Assembly: GCF_032444005.1 (NCBI RefSeq)
Contig: NC_091283.1
Coordinates: 35,712,001 to 35,776,000 of the forward strand
Source of the DNA: Ranitomeya imitator
Lineage: Eukaryota
DNA length: 64,000 nucleotides
Reading direction: 5' to 3'
Part shown: one piece after another, positions 1 to 12,248 of the stretch
Numbering within the stretch: the stretch's first letter is position 1
Layout: each line of letters starts with the position of its first letter
Notes under the pieces: model-generated
Told to the model about the DNA's origin: nothing
Databases searched by the model: none
The model's input: the letters and a program-made list of their open reading frames with translations, nothing else
Position numbers and translations under genes: made by a program

Positions 1-1925
1 CTGCACTCCGCATGGGCAGTGACAGACCCCTCTCCGCTGCTCCTCTCCACACGGGCAATGACAGAGCCCTCTTCGCTGCTGCACTCCGCTCGTGGGCAAT
101 GACAGACCCCTCTCCGCTGCTGCACTCCGCACGGGCAGTGACAGACCCCTCTCCGCTGCTGCACTCCGCACGGGCAGTGACAGACCCCTCTCCGCTGCTG
201 CACTCCGCATGGGCAGTGACAGACCCCTCTCCGCTGCTGCACTCCGCACGGGCAGTGACAGACCCCTCTCCGCTGCTGCACTCCGCACGGGCAGTGACAG
301 ACCCCTCTCCGCTGCTGCACTCCGCACGGGCAGTGACAGACCCCTCTCCGCTGCTGCACTCCGCACGGGCAGTGACAGACCCCTCTCCGCTGCTGCACTC
401 CGCACGGGCAGTGACAGACCCCTCTCCGCTGCTGCGCTCCGCACAGGCAATGACAAGCCCCTCTCTGCTACCGCGCCGCATGGGCAGTGACAGACCCCTC
501 TCCGCTACCGCGCTCCGCATGGGCAGTGACAGACCCCTCTCCGCTGCTGCACTCCGCACGGGCAGTGACAGACCCCTCTCCGCTGCTGCACTCCGCACGG
601 GCAGTGACAGACCCCTCTCCGCTGCTGCACTCCGCACGGGCAGTGACAGACCCCTCTCCGCTGCTGCACTCCGCACGGGCAGTGACAGACCCCTCTCCGC
701 TGCTGCGCTCCGCACAGGCAGTGACAGACCCCTCTCCGCTACCGCGCTCCGCATGGGCAGTGACAGACCCCTCTCCGCTGCTGCACTCCGCACGGGCAGT
801 GACAGACCCCTCTCCGCTGCTGCACTCCGCACGGGCAGTGACAGACCCCTCTCCGCTGCTGCACTCCGCACGGGCAGTGACAGACCCCTCTCCGCTGCTG
901 CACTCCGCACGGGCAGTGACAGACCCCTCTCCGCTACCGCGCCGCATGGGCAGTGACAGACCCCTCTCCGCTGCTCCTCTCCACACGGGCAATGACAGAG
1001 CCCTCTTCGCTGCTGCACTCCGCTCGTGGGCAATGACAGACCCCTCTCCGCTGCTGCACTCCGCACGGGCAGTGACAGACCCCTCTCCGCTGCTGCACTC
1101 CGCACGGGCAGTGACAGACCCCTCTCCGCTGCTGCACTCCGCACGGGCAGTGACAGACCCCTCTCCGCTGCTGCACTCCGCACGGGCAGTGACAGACCCC
1201 TCTCCGCTGCTGCACTCCGCACGGGCAGTGACAGACCCCTCTCCGCTGCTGCACTCCGCACGGGCAGTGACAGACCCCTCTCCGCTGCTGCACTCCGCAT
1301 GGGCAGTGACAGACCCCTCTCCGCTGCTCCTCTCCACACGGGCAATGACAGAGCCCTCTTCGCTGCTGCACTCCGCTCGTGGGCAATGACAGACCCCTCT
1401 CCGCTGCTGCACTCCGCACGGGCAGTGACAGACCCCTCTCCGCTGCTGCACTCCGCACGGGCAGTGACAGACCCCTCTCCGCTGCTGCACTCCGCATGGG
1501 CAGTGACAGACCCCTCTCCGCTGCTGCACTCCGCACGGGCAGTGACAGACCCCTCTCCGCTGCTGCACTCCGCACGGGCAGTGACAGACCCCTCTCCGCT
1601 GCTGCACTCCGCACGGGCAGTGACAGACCCCTCTCCGCTGCTGCACTCCGCACGGGCAGTGACAGACCCCTCTCCGCTGCTGCACTCCGCACGGGCAGTG
1701 ACAGACCCCTCTCCGCTGCTGCGCTCCGCACAGGCAATGACAAGCCCCTCTCTGCTACCGCGCCGCATGGGCAGTGACAGACCCCTCTCCGCTACCGCGC
1801 TCCGCATGGGCAGTGACAGACCCCTCTCCGCTGCTGCACTCTGCACGGGCAATGACAGACCCCTCTCCGCTGCTGCGCTCCGCATGGGCAATGACAGACT
1901 CCTCTCCGCTACAGCGCTCCGCACG
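1..1925. repeat. 39-bp minisatellite (~49 units; runs off the left edge), in MRPS18B intron 2
   Basis: Unit GACAGACCCCTCTCCGCTGCTGCACTCCGCACGGGCAGT with 37/41-bp variants. The block at ~1-505 recurs 1287 bp later (identical ORFs 92..490 and 1379..1777). Confidence 0.97.
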
Positions 1926-2510
1926 GACCGTGATCTGACGGCCATATTGGTAATCTGTGGCCGCAGGACGGGAGCTCTGCAGACCTCCTTTCCCAGTGCG
2001 CCTCTTCTTCTGATTAGCAGGCCCAGCACGACGTCCGCCAGCACTGACATTGCTCCAGGCCGGCTAATCAGAAGATGTGTAGATGGCGGCAGTGAGAAAA
2101 AGACACGAGGGACTGGACACCGTGTGTGAATGGTGACAACGTCGCTCCCGGAAGAAGAGCTAGGACTTGAGGAGAACCCCGCGCCTCCCACCACAGATCG
2201 CTGACCGACAGAGCGCGGTCCTGGGAATAGATTCTCCCACCTGAGGGATTGGTTTATAAAAATAATCACATTAAAAAAAAGAAAAAAAAAACTTTTGCTT
2301 TTACTTTCAGATTTTAAAAAAAAGTGATCCAAGCGGGTGTAAAAGACTTGAGGAGGAGGCACTGACAACCCTCTGCAGGTTGTCAGGACATTCTGGAGGT
2401 TGTAGTTCGCCTGTAGAGGTCACATGACCTAAAAGGGCCGAACAGGTGGAGAACTTGTTGTCAAGGCTGATAACAGAGAGCAATAGCAGGGAGGGGGGGC
2501 TCACTGTTAC

Positions 2511-2754
2511 CTTCGCTGCTCAGGTATTCCCAGGGATGCTCCTTATAACGAGACTCCAGGCCAGACTCTTCCGGGGGGCTGCACAGTGAGCGGACCCCGG
2601 GGGGCAGCGCCGCCTGTGGATAAGACACACCGTTACCGGACGTTCATCACTCACTACACCGCCCCGCTCTCCTCCTCCGCCATCGGCTAATTACCCGGCT
2701 CCGGAGCCCTCCTCTCACACCGCTCACACACAGCCTGACCAAGGAGGCCGCCAT
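2511..2754 (-). CDS. MRPS18B: Mitochondrial ribosomal protein S18B, coding exons 1-2 (partial; remainder lies left of the window)
   Basis: Exon 1 2754-2695 MAASLVRLCVSGVRGGLRSR (GTAATT donor). 81-bp intron. Exon 2 2613-2511 AALPPGVRSLCSPPEESGLESRYKEHPWEYLSSE (CAG acceptor, GTAAC donor). Matches recalled human MAAS...YKDEPWKYLESEE and is head-to-head with PPP1R10, as in mammals. Confidence 0.85.
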
Positions 2755-3533
2755 CTTGGGGAGGGAAGGTAGGTATAAACCGAACGCAAGGACATCTGCC
2801 AATCATCAATATTTTTTTTTTAATCAATAAACTTTATTAACAAAAATGGGACACAATAACAAACCCCGCCTCAGCATTGTAACCGTTTTTCTACCACATT
2901 CTCAGTAACTAGTCTTCCTTATGGACTTTTATTAAAGGTTACGGAGGCATTATTAAGATCATAAGTGGCTGTTCAGCCCCTCAGAGTACTCCAGGCGCCA
3001 TTTTTCCGAAGACTAACCCTTTTATGTATCGGTACTGGCTCACCCAAAATGGCGTCCGAAGGAGACTCTACAATGTCGACACGTAGCGCTCTAGTGATTG
3101 CATCAGTCACCACAAGAAAGGGCGTCGACGCCATTGCAATTGCATCACCCCCCCCCCTAAGCTTCACATAGCCGATATATCATTTCTGTTTCCTCAACCC
3201 CGCTTTATCCGCACTATGGCCGTATACACGGGGAAAAGGACGTGAATGTGTTCGGTTACGCCAATGTTAGCGGCCCATAATCCTGTTATAGCGCCGAGCC
3301 ACAGCCCGTGGGCGGAGTCACGGGGGACACGTGCGCTAGCGGTTACACGGTTCCTCATTGGTCAAGCCGTTCGACGTCACCAGTCTCTAACCGATCTCTA
3401 AAATCTGCCGTCCTTCTTACAACCAATCCCGTGCTTGATTTTAACGGCGGCCTTTCCCCGCCCCCCTTCTACGTCACGAGCCTATATAAATGCGACTGCG
3501 TCACCACCCCGCCATTCCAGACAGCGTCGTCAG
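2755..3533. promoter_or_regulatory. Bidirectional MRPS18B/PPP1R10 promoter and PPP1R10 non-coding exon 1
   Basis: CpG-rich. CCAAT ~3423, CRE-like ACGTCA at ~3375 and ~3471, TATATAAA 3483-3490, many YY1-type GCCAT(C/T)TT motifs. Strong donor CAG|GTAAGT after 3533. Confidence 0.75.
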
Positions 3534-3690
3534 GTAAGTAGTATCAGGAATCTGTGCCGCTCGTGTGTTCCCCTTCAGCCGCCATTTCGTGACCTTGTCC
3601 CAGTCGCCATTACATGTTGTTTTCTACGTCTTTATCTTATTTGCCTCGTACTTAATATTTTTTTTCTCTTCTCTTTTTTTCTCCTTACAG

Positions 3691-4255
3691 GTCTTCTCGA
3701 ATATTCTGGGTTTACCTCAACCACTATGATTATGGACGATAGTTAAAGATTAATTATCCAGAAGCTTCTGCCCATTTCCTCTCAGTTTTTTTTTCCTTTT
3801 GTTGGAGGAGTCTGAAGATCGAATTACTCGAGGAAGCCTCTTCGAACGACTTATAAGCATTTTTCACTTTCCTCTCCTTGACCATCTTGTGCCATTTTTA
3901 TTAAAAAAAATATATATATAAAAAAAGTGCTATCCTCCACATACTCCACCATAGGGCGGTTTAGTTCATAGTAACACTGGTAATAAATGCTAGTCACCGC
4001 TCGGAGAAAAACTAGATTTTCCAGCAAAGCCTAAAAAAAACCCAAAAAACAGCAATTGGATGTCTTCCAACCTGATGAAATGAGGATACGCCCTTTCTAA
4101 AAATGGCCGCCACAGCTTTTTCCATGTGGCCGTAAATCAGCGGCACATTGTCTTCTTCGTAAGGAACCTTGCTCTGCCCTACACCCCCCCCCCCCCTTTT
4201 TTTATTTTAGATTTTTTTTATCTGCCTACGAAGCTCAGGAGGAAAGTTTTGGATA
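3691..4255 (+). other. PPP1R10: PPP1R10 long non-coding 5'UTR exon 2 (predicted)
   Basis: Long polypyrimidine tract + CAG acceptor ending 3690; donor GATA|GTAAGT after 4255. Would splice to the acceptor at 12237, 11 nt before the ATG. Mammalian PPP1R10 has two non-coding 5' exons (recalled). Confidence 0.6.
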
Positions 4256-5211
4256 GTAAGTGTTAACCTTTTTCCAACCAAACTTGGAAAAAAAAAATTT
4301 AATTTTTTTTTTTATAAATTTTATTTTTAATCCTTCCAAAAAACAAAAAAAAAACCTTAATCGATAAAAGCCTCCCATGCAATGTTCTTAATTTAGCACC
4401 AACTTATTCGGTAGCGCTGTACAGAGATTGGCATCACTGAATTACTATGATTATGGTACAGTCTGAATCGCTGAGGCTAAAGCTGCAGAGAAATATTTTT
4501 TTTTTTTTTTGTACCCATTTTTGACATAACGTGTATCCTATAATTTGGCATGCCTGTTAACATCATACAAGAGGACGAGACCATACAAGAGGACGAGACA
4601 ATGTAATAGGCTTTTTTTTAGAGAGAGGTTGGATAAGCGGGCGATTTATGAGCCGCAGATAGGGTTTTTTGTAAATGAGCTCCCACACGAGAGATGATGG
4701 GGGTGTTTGGTCATCTCTGTGTGGGAGACCCCCCTCCCAAATACAGACGAAAGGGATTATTAATAGGTAATTTTGCCCCTTTGGATGACAAAACCCGAAA
4801 GATCCATGAGCAATCTGTACATAAAGATTGCAGGGAGAGACCTGAACGACCTATAGCTAAACTGACGATAGGCTACAATAACTACGGATACATGCTGTTT
4901 ATTTTTCGACTATGCACCTACTATTTCGATGTCCTTGAGGAATTGATATTTACACAGCAGTGGGTTACAATTATATTCTTTTTTTCCTTCCTATCGACCA
5001 TAGCAGTTTGGCAAAACTTACCCTAAGAGAATTGCATGCAATCTAGCAATAAAGATTGCCAACTTTAGCTATAGGAAGCAGGGCTGGAGGGGTAGGAATA
5101 AGGATCTAATGACTGTGGCTCAGTGCGTGGGATTGCAAAATCATTATTTTAATGTACGTTTTAGACTTGGCATTTCGTAATTTTCCATTACGTCTGTGTA
5201 TTGTTATTACA

Positions 5212-5450
5212 AAAATATTTAGAATTGAGAGTCCACAGTGGTTGATACCTTTTAATGGCTGACTGAAAATATGGAAACAAATTGCAGCTTTCGAGACTAC
5301 ACAGATCTCTTCATCAGGCAATGAAAGCTTGCAATTTGTTACCATCTTTTCAGTTAGCCATTAAAAGGTATCAACCACTGAGGACTCTCAGTTCTGAATA
5401 TTTTTCTATCTACTGGCTAACACGGTACCAAGATATATATCTTTCCTGTA
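5212..5450. mobile_element. Short fold-back Penelope-like remnant with minimal hammerhead ribozyme motif
   Basis: Inverted arms ~5221-5292 / 5323-5395. Minus strand 5322-5281 reads ATTGC-CTGATGA-A-GAGA..TCTC-GAAAGCT-GCAAT. Candidate TSD TTATTACA at 5204-5211 and 5451-5458. Confidence 0.65.
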
Positions 5451-6399
5451 TTATTACACACATTTCATCTTAGCTGTAAATATCATTTTTTTTATATATA
5501 GTTGTTTGTGTAAATGGTTTTAGAAGTGTTGGCAAATTTGTTTTTTTCTTAACCCACAATTTTCTTCATATTTTTTGCATAGTAATGATTTTCTCATTGC
5601 ATTATTTTTTTTTTTTCGTCACTTTTTGAGCTTCTGATTTCATTCTCCAAGATGGTTGCCGGGCTTGTTGTTTTTTTTTAAATCTTTAGCAAGTTCCAAC
5701 GGCAAAATGGCCCCTGTACCTCCTTTGTTTTCAGATCTGGGGGGGGGGTTGGGCGGGGATTTTGGGGGGTGTACTGCAGTGGGTTGGCCTTCGGATCAGC
5801 TCTTAGGAACGCCCTCATTTCATCTACAAATGCCCTCTACTCAGCCAGACAGCTGAAAAATGAGCATAGAGGAGCCGAGCTGGGGGGTGGAAAAAGAGGC
5901 TAGACCGTGAAAGTGTGGGGTCTCACAGCCAGGGGTTTATATACCGCAAGCTAGTGCAGGCGACCTACAATGGTACGGACAGTGATAGATTTGCCATAAG
6001 TCTATAGTGAACTATATTGGTACCGACAATGATAAATTTGCCACATACGGATTATATATTGCACTTTGATTTCTTTTAGGGCTCATTTTGGCGGATAATA
6101 ATCTTGACGTATTGTTTGCATCCCCTACTAATGAAACTGCATTTCACAGTATCCAATACAGTAGTTTTGTTTGATGGACAGCTTTTTTTTTTTTTTTTTT
6201 TTTACTTGATTGGTCAAAAAAAATTATCTACTTTATATATTAACCTTTTTCTACGTCCTTTGTTTCCAAGGTATGTCTTAAAACTTAGATGTTACATATT
6301 TGTAGAAGGGGACGAGTCAAAAGAAGCCATGAAAATGCTCAAGTCTTGATGCTCTGTAATCGGTGTTTTATCTCTAACTTTGTATATTTGAGTGCAGAA

Positions 6400-6615
6400 A
6401 TCTTTATATAGATGTGTTTGTATATATGCGTGTGTATAGATGTGGTGTCTGTATACATGTACCTGTGTGTATGTATATATGCGTTTATGTATAGAAGTGT
6501 GTGTGTATAAGTATGTAGTGTGTGTGTGTATATATATATATATTTATACCAAATAGTAAAAAGAAGGCAGCACTCCAAAAGTTTCAGGTGAAAAGGGATG
6601 AAATTTTAATCGACC

Positions 6616-6665
<50 letters not shown>
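6400..6665. repeat. TG/TA low-complexity tract with (TA)n microsatellite (~6619-6663)
   Basis: Direct inspection. Confidence 0.9.
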
Positions 6666-6667
<2 letters not shown>

Positions 6668-7913
6668 AATATAATTTATATAGGTATTCTATATTATACC
6701 TATTTTTTGTTTCTCGTATGTGTTGTCCTTTACGCTTTCATCTCTCGTTCTTCGGACCTATGGGATTTCCTTCCTTTTATGCAGAGAAGTCCTGATCCAT
6801 TTCGCATCCACGGCTGATTCTACTTCTCATTTGCTTCGTTCAGGGACTCGTCATCTTTCCTGTAACACAAGTCTACCCTCCCCATTTATTTATTTTAGTG
6901 GATTTAGGGTTTTCTTCGACGGTGCTGATTTTTTTTTTTTTTTTTTTTAAATCCTGTTACTTTTGCTGAATTGGTTCTAGTTTTTGGGATAATTCGTCCA
7001 TGAACATCATGCATTCATCCAGTGCGACTTGTGTGCGATGATAAATGCAATAGGTTTTAGTCTTTTGACTCTTATTTTAGTGTCTTAGATAATGAAATAT
7101 CCCATATAATTATTTTGTATTTCAATTTGTAGCTTCTGTGCAAATTGCCTTTTCAGAGAGGACGAGGACTTCAACCTGTTGGAAGCAGCAACCCCATTAA
7201 AGCCACTTTATGAAGCCAGACTTCTAATGTAACTATTAAATATCTCAGAAACTAGAGCCAATCTGGCAAAACCAAACTCGTATTCTTAATCGGCACCATA
7301 CACATAATATAAAACCGATCAGACATTGGCACCAAAATCAACCGTATACCAGTGTAACCGTGACCCTTGAGTTTGATGTTTCTCCCAGAAGTTAATTTGT
7401 TTCCTGACTGGTCAGCAACATACATTTATTTTATTTTTTATTGTACGTTTTTTAGCCAAAAATTTTTTTTTAATCTTGTACACCGCTGTTTACTTATGCT
7501 AATACTTTGCATGTAAGTATTTAGTGTATGGACAGAGCCTTTCAGCTCTGCCTCGGCTAACTCAATGTGTCCGAGAAAAATTTCTTCCTGTTATTTTATA
7601 CTTTTATTTTAGAAAAGTAAGAGTAGGTTTTACTTGTTGGATATCTTGCCAAAAACTCTACTGGGAAACACTGGGTGAGTAACGTGGAGCTTTTGGTGGT
7701 GTAGCGGCCGTGTGAATGCCTCTAGTACAGGCCACTCATACGGTTTTCATCGTTGTAATGACTGGAATAGACGGTGTCCCCTCAGATGACTCCAGCTCAA
7801 GTGTTGGTAAGAGAATAACCCTGGTGTGAATGTGGGTATATGGATGGTGAGTGTATGTATGTATATATATATATATATACAATTATACTCCAGATGCTAT
7901 TACGATCTCCTAA

Positions 7914-8154
7914 GGCTATGTGCACACGTAGAATGATCCTCTGCGGATTTGATAAATCCGCAGGGCAAAAACTGCGCGTTTTTCGTGCGGAGTCGACTGC
8001 AGTTTTTTATTATGGAGCAGGTGTAAAACAGCTGCGTTTCTGCGCGTTTTTTTTTTCCGCAGCATATGCACTGTGGATTGCGTTTCCCATAGGTTTACAT
8101 TGTACTGTAAACGCATGGGAAACCGCTGCGGATCCGCAGCATGTGCACATAGCT
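7914..8154. mobile_element. PIF/Harbinger-type MITE
   Basis: TIR GGCTATGTGCACA...TGTGCACATAGCT, TAA on both sides. Confidence 0.75.
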
Positions 8155-8455
8155 TAAAAACGTGTTTGATCAGATGTATACGTGCATGTTCGCGAGGCAG
8201 GCACATACGTACATGCGGCAATGGCGCTCAGTACCCATGATCGTGAATGCCGCAAGAACACTCACCTTATTGATTTGAGTGCTGTGGTATGGGTTTTTAT
8301 TAACTTTTTGCAGCTTATTAGGTGCTTTTAGAGTGTTAATCAAACACGGTGCGACTATGATCTCATTCCGGACATCCCGTGAAACAATCTGTGATGTATC
8401 GACCAACCGCATGGTCTCCTGACCCAAACGTGATAGTCTTGAAGGCAAAAAAATG

Positions 8456-8595
8456 TAAGTTCAGCACTCCAAAGACTCAATGCAAAAAGTTAACAATTTT
8501 ATTAAGTAGATTGTTTCATTTAACATTTTAAATGGAACTGTCTATTTAATAAAATTGTTAATTTGTTGCATCAATTCTTCGGAGTGCCGAACTTT
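8456..8595. mobile_element. Small fold-back element, probable Penelope-like 3' end duplicated head-to-head
   Basis: Arms AAGTTCAGCACTCC...TTTTATTAAGTAGA and TCTATTTAATAAAA...GGAGTGCCGAACTT are inverted copies; AATAAA in the sense arm. Confidence 0.45.
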
Positions 8596-9246
8596 CGTTT
8601 TTTTTTTTTTCTATATTGGAGTGTAATCCTATTCGTGCACCCTGACAGGAGTGCTATGTACTTTGCATATTTGAGGCTGTTGACTTCAGATCGGAGACCC
8701 CCAGGCCGATCTGTAGATCACGGCGGACGTCTAACTTTGGCCTAAAGTGTGTCTGATAAAGTACATTATATGTGCTAGAGATGCGCTCTAGTCATTTGGC
8801 TAAAAGGAAGGGTATGTTTACATGGAGGTTATGCTGGTGCAGTTCTGACTCAAAATCTAGGTTACAAAACCTCCATGAAAACATCCCATTAGCCAAAATA
8901 TGGCTGATGTAAACTTAGACTAGACTGTCGCTAGCGAGTGTGTGTGTGTGTATGGCCTGGGTGCTGCTATGTCACGTAAGCCTATTGAGGACCTCACTTT
9001 TCGGCTATCATGGAAATCTATACGCTGGGAGAATTTTCCCGACTATACCTCCATTAGAGTCCTCTGTTTGCAGCTGCCTGGTGATCGTTCTTCTACTGTG
9101 TGTAGGAGGGGACGCTAGACTACACTTTACCTATATGAGAAAGTGCCAAACGTCTACTCACACTTGGTACATTCAGCCTTAGGACACATTTATTAGGGAA
9201 CATCTACCAAATGTGTGGGAAAAATAGCAAGATTTGAAAAGCTTAA

Positions 9247-9602
9247 AGGGGTATTCACGTCTCCCAAGAGCCTATCCAAATATGTAGTAGGTGTAATAAT
9301 GATAATATAAGCAAATGCCTCCAATTACAAATGTAGTATAGTTCTTCTGATTCGCTATTTCGCTTACACCCATGTGCAGGACATTGCAGGAGCTTAGGTA
9401 TCCATGGTTACGACCACTAACGATGAACTGTCACTATATGAGCGTTTCTAACCATGGATACCGTAGCTACTACAATGCCCTGTACATGGGTTAAGCCAGC
9501 TAGCGAATTAGGAGAACTACTCCATTTATAATTGGAGGTATTTGCTAATATTATTAGACCTACTACATATTGGGATAGGATCTTAGAGATGGGAATACTC
9601 CT
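9247..9602. mobile_element. Kolobok/T2-type MITE
   Basis: TTAA-AGGGGTATTC...GAATACTCCT-TTCA; internal inverted repeats; related copy at 59380-59748. Confidence 0.65.
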
Positions 9603-9740
9603 TTCAGGGGGCATATTGGACATGTCTCTGATTTATCACAGACCGATCTGTCCACAAGAAAAATGGGACGTACGATAAATGGACGTCTGAATGAGCCCCT
9701 ACTTGTGTTGACTTGAACAAAACGTACAAGATCATTATAA

Positions 9741-10065
9741 GGCGCTGTGCACACGTTGCGTTTTTTCGCATTTTTTCCCGATAAAAACGCTATAAAACCG
9801 CATACAATAAGCATCCCATCATTTAGAATGAATTCTGCATGTTTTGTGCACATGATGCGTTTTTTTCCGCGAAAAAAACGCATCACGGTAAAAACCGCAG
9901 CATGTTCATTAACTTTGAGGTTTTTTTGCGGATTTCCCACTACAAAATGCATTGTGAAGTGTCCGGGAAAAAAACACGGCAAAACCGCATGCGGATTTCT
10001 TGCGGAAAATGTCCGGTTTTTCTCAAGAATTTTCTGCGAGAAATCCTGAACGTGTGCACATAGCC
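9741..10065. mobile_element. PIF/Harbinger-type MITE
   Basis: GGCGCTGTGCACACG...CGTGTGCACATAGCC with TAA TSD on both sides. Confidence 0.8.
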
Positions 10066-10783
10066 TAAATATACTTTTATTCAAATTTTGGATGAAAAAA
10101 GTGTCGAGCAAGTTGTGTAAGAGGCCGGATCGAGTGCTGTGCGGCGCTGGTGCAGGCCTGTGTGCTGCTCTGGGTGGATGTGGTTGTGTGCGCTCTGCTT
10201 CGGCTCTGCAGGGAGATCATTCGGGAGGAGACCTAAATCCATCACTACTGAGGGCTCGCTGTCGCCCCCTACCATAGAGCAGGGGAAGAGCAACATAGTG
10301 TATTACACAAGCCATGACCTACTCTGTACAAGTGCTGGAGACCGGAGCTGGCAGCCTGTAGGAAGAGTCTTCAGGAGCACAAACAAGTTATATACTGTTC
10401 TGTTTTTCTTTTCTTTTTTTCTCTCTTATCCTCTTGCCTTTTTTCTCTGTCTCGTACATTGGCCTACTATGTTGACAGTAGGCTCATATTTTATTTATTT
10501 TTTTACGACTCATAAAGGTATAGAAATTGAACCGAACACCATCTCGAACGTTCTCTGCAGCTTTATAAACTACTTGCCTCAACAATGCCAGACTGTGACC
10601 AAAATCCAATCTGAATCAACCGCAAATAACGAGGGGGGAATATATAACCAGCGTCATATGTCTATGACTGGATCATGTGCTTCCTTTTTTAGCGATCCTT
10701 CACGATTGTGCACCTTTCAGCTCTATTGTTTTTTTCCAATCATCTGATTCAATCCAACTTTTCTAAAATGAAAGATTTTATGT

Positions 10784-10969
10784 CAGGGGTGTCAAACTGC
10801 AATCCTCAAGGGCTGCAAACAGGTCATGTTTTCAGGATTTCCTTGTACTGCACAGGTGATAATTTAATAACCTACACACATAATGATTACAGCACCTTGG
10901 GCAAAGCTAAGGAAATCTTGAAAACCCGCATGGTTTGCGGCCCTCGAGGAATGCAGTTTGACACCCCTG
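10784..10969. mobile_element. hAT-type MITE, copy 1
   Basis: TIR CAGGGGTGTCAAAC...GTTTGACACCCCTG; 8-bp TSD TTTTATGT/TTCTATGT (7/8). Confidence 0.85.
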
Positions 10970-11269
10970 TTCTATGTTTATTGCCTGCCGCTACCGACAT
11001 GGCGTGCAAAAGCAAAACGACAATATAGCGCTGACATGGACAAACCGTGGCTCCGAAAAGGAGAGAAAGATCTCTTACTAATTGTTTAAAGAAATGCTAT
11101 CGGATAAAAAAAAGACAAAACAAGTTTCCAGCCAATTAAAAAAGAAATGCTGATAGTCATTCTAACGATTGAGATGATATCTATCTATGTGTCCTGTGAA
11201 GGTCAGGCAGCTTGTGACCCATAGAGGAGTCTGTATAATGATCAGTAATGACTGGGTTACTATGTAGAT

Positions 11270-11454
11270 CAGGTGTCGAACTGCATTTCTCCAGGGCTGC
11301 AAACAGGTCACGTTTTTCAGGATTTCCTTGTACTGCACAGGTGATAATTTAATCACCTACACACATAAAGATTACAGCACCTTGTGCAAAGCTAAGGAAA
11401 TCTTGAAAACACGCATGGTTTGCGGCCCTCGAGGAATGCAGTTTGACACCCCTG
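11270..11454. mobile_element. hAT-type MITE, copy 2
   Basis: Same family as 10784-10969; perfect 8-bp TSD ATGTAGAT on both sides. Confidence 0.85.
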
Positions 11455-12248
11455 ATGTAGATGGTGTTGGAGGGGGGTCTGAGCTACTTCCACCACAGCA
11501 CAATGTGAATGGGGGCACGATAGTAGAGCAAAGACCCCCCCCCCCCACACACATTGTGAAGGTTATGCCAGCTGTAATGCCCATAGACTTTGGTAGGGCT
11601 ACTGGGGATTCTTCTTCAGTCATAACTACTGAGAAATGTATATAACCTGGCTGTATACTGAGGTATATAGTGCGGAATGCTTTTTTTATGGTAAATTGAG
11701 GCAGCGCTCTAGTGTATTTTTGTTTACGAGCGCTTCATTACCGCCAGCGTAATATATTCTGTGAGATGATTAGTGGAAGGCTACTCGTCTGTCAGTCCAC
11801 AGTTGTCAAATGCCGGTATAACGTGTCCGTATACGTATTGGGACAGCTATCTGTCTCGATGAGTCAGGATATAAAAATATTTATAATGTACCATGGGGAA
11901 TGATGAAGATTATCTCCTTATGGATCGCCATATTTATTAATGTTCTTTACTGCCAGGGATAGGAGCTGGCCCCCATCCCGTGAGATCAGGGAAAACCCTT
12001 AGAAGAGGCTACCTCTCTCGCCCCAGTCTAGACTCCCCCTTAGACACATCTCATCGTCGGTTCATTATCCCAGATCCTACTAATCATGTGTTACCTGGAT
12101 GACCGTCTGAAAACAGACCCCGCGAGTGACCATAGGGCGGCTCTTTCTATTTCCTACTAGGATGATAATTGTTGCTGTTGGCCATCTTGAAAATGAACTC
12201 TCCCATTTATCTATTTTTTTTTTTTTTCTCCTCCTAGCCGCTAAAAAC

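Noticed and set aside
12-2129. Long ORFs over the 39-bp array
   Set aside because: Open on both strands in several frames because the unit lacks stops; lies in an MRPS18B intron.
4564-4600. Short tandem duplication CATACAAGAGGACGAGA x2
   Set aside because: Ordinary slippage; no further structure.
5048-5053. Intronic AATAAA as a PCF11-style autoregulatory poly(A) site for PNUTS
   Set aside because: Single hexamer with no downstream GU/U-rich element; expected by chance in AT-rich intron.
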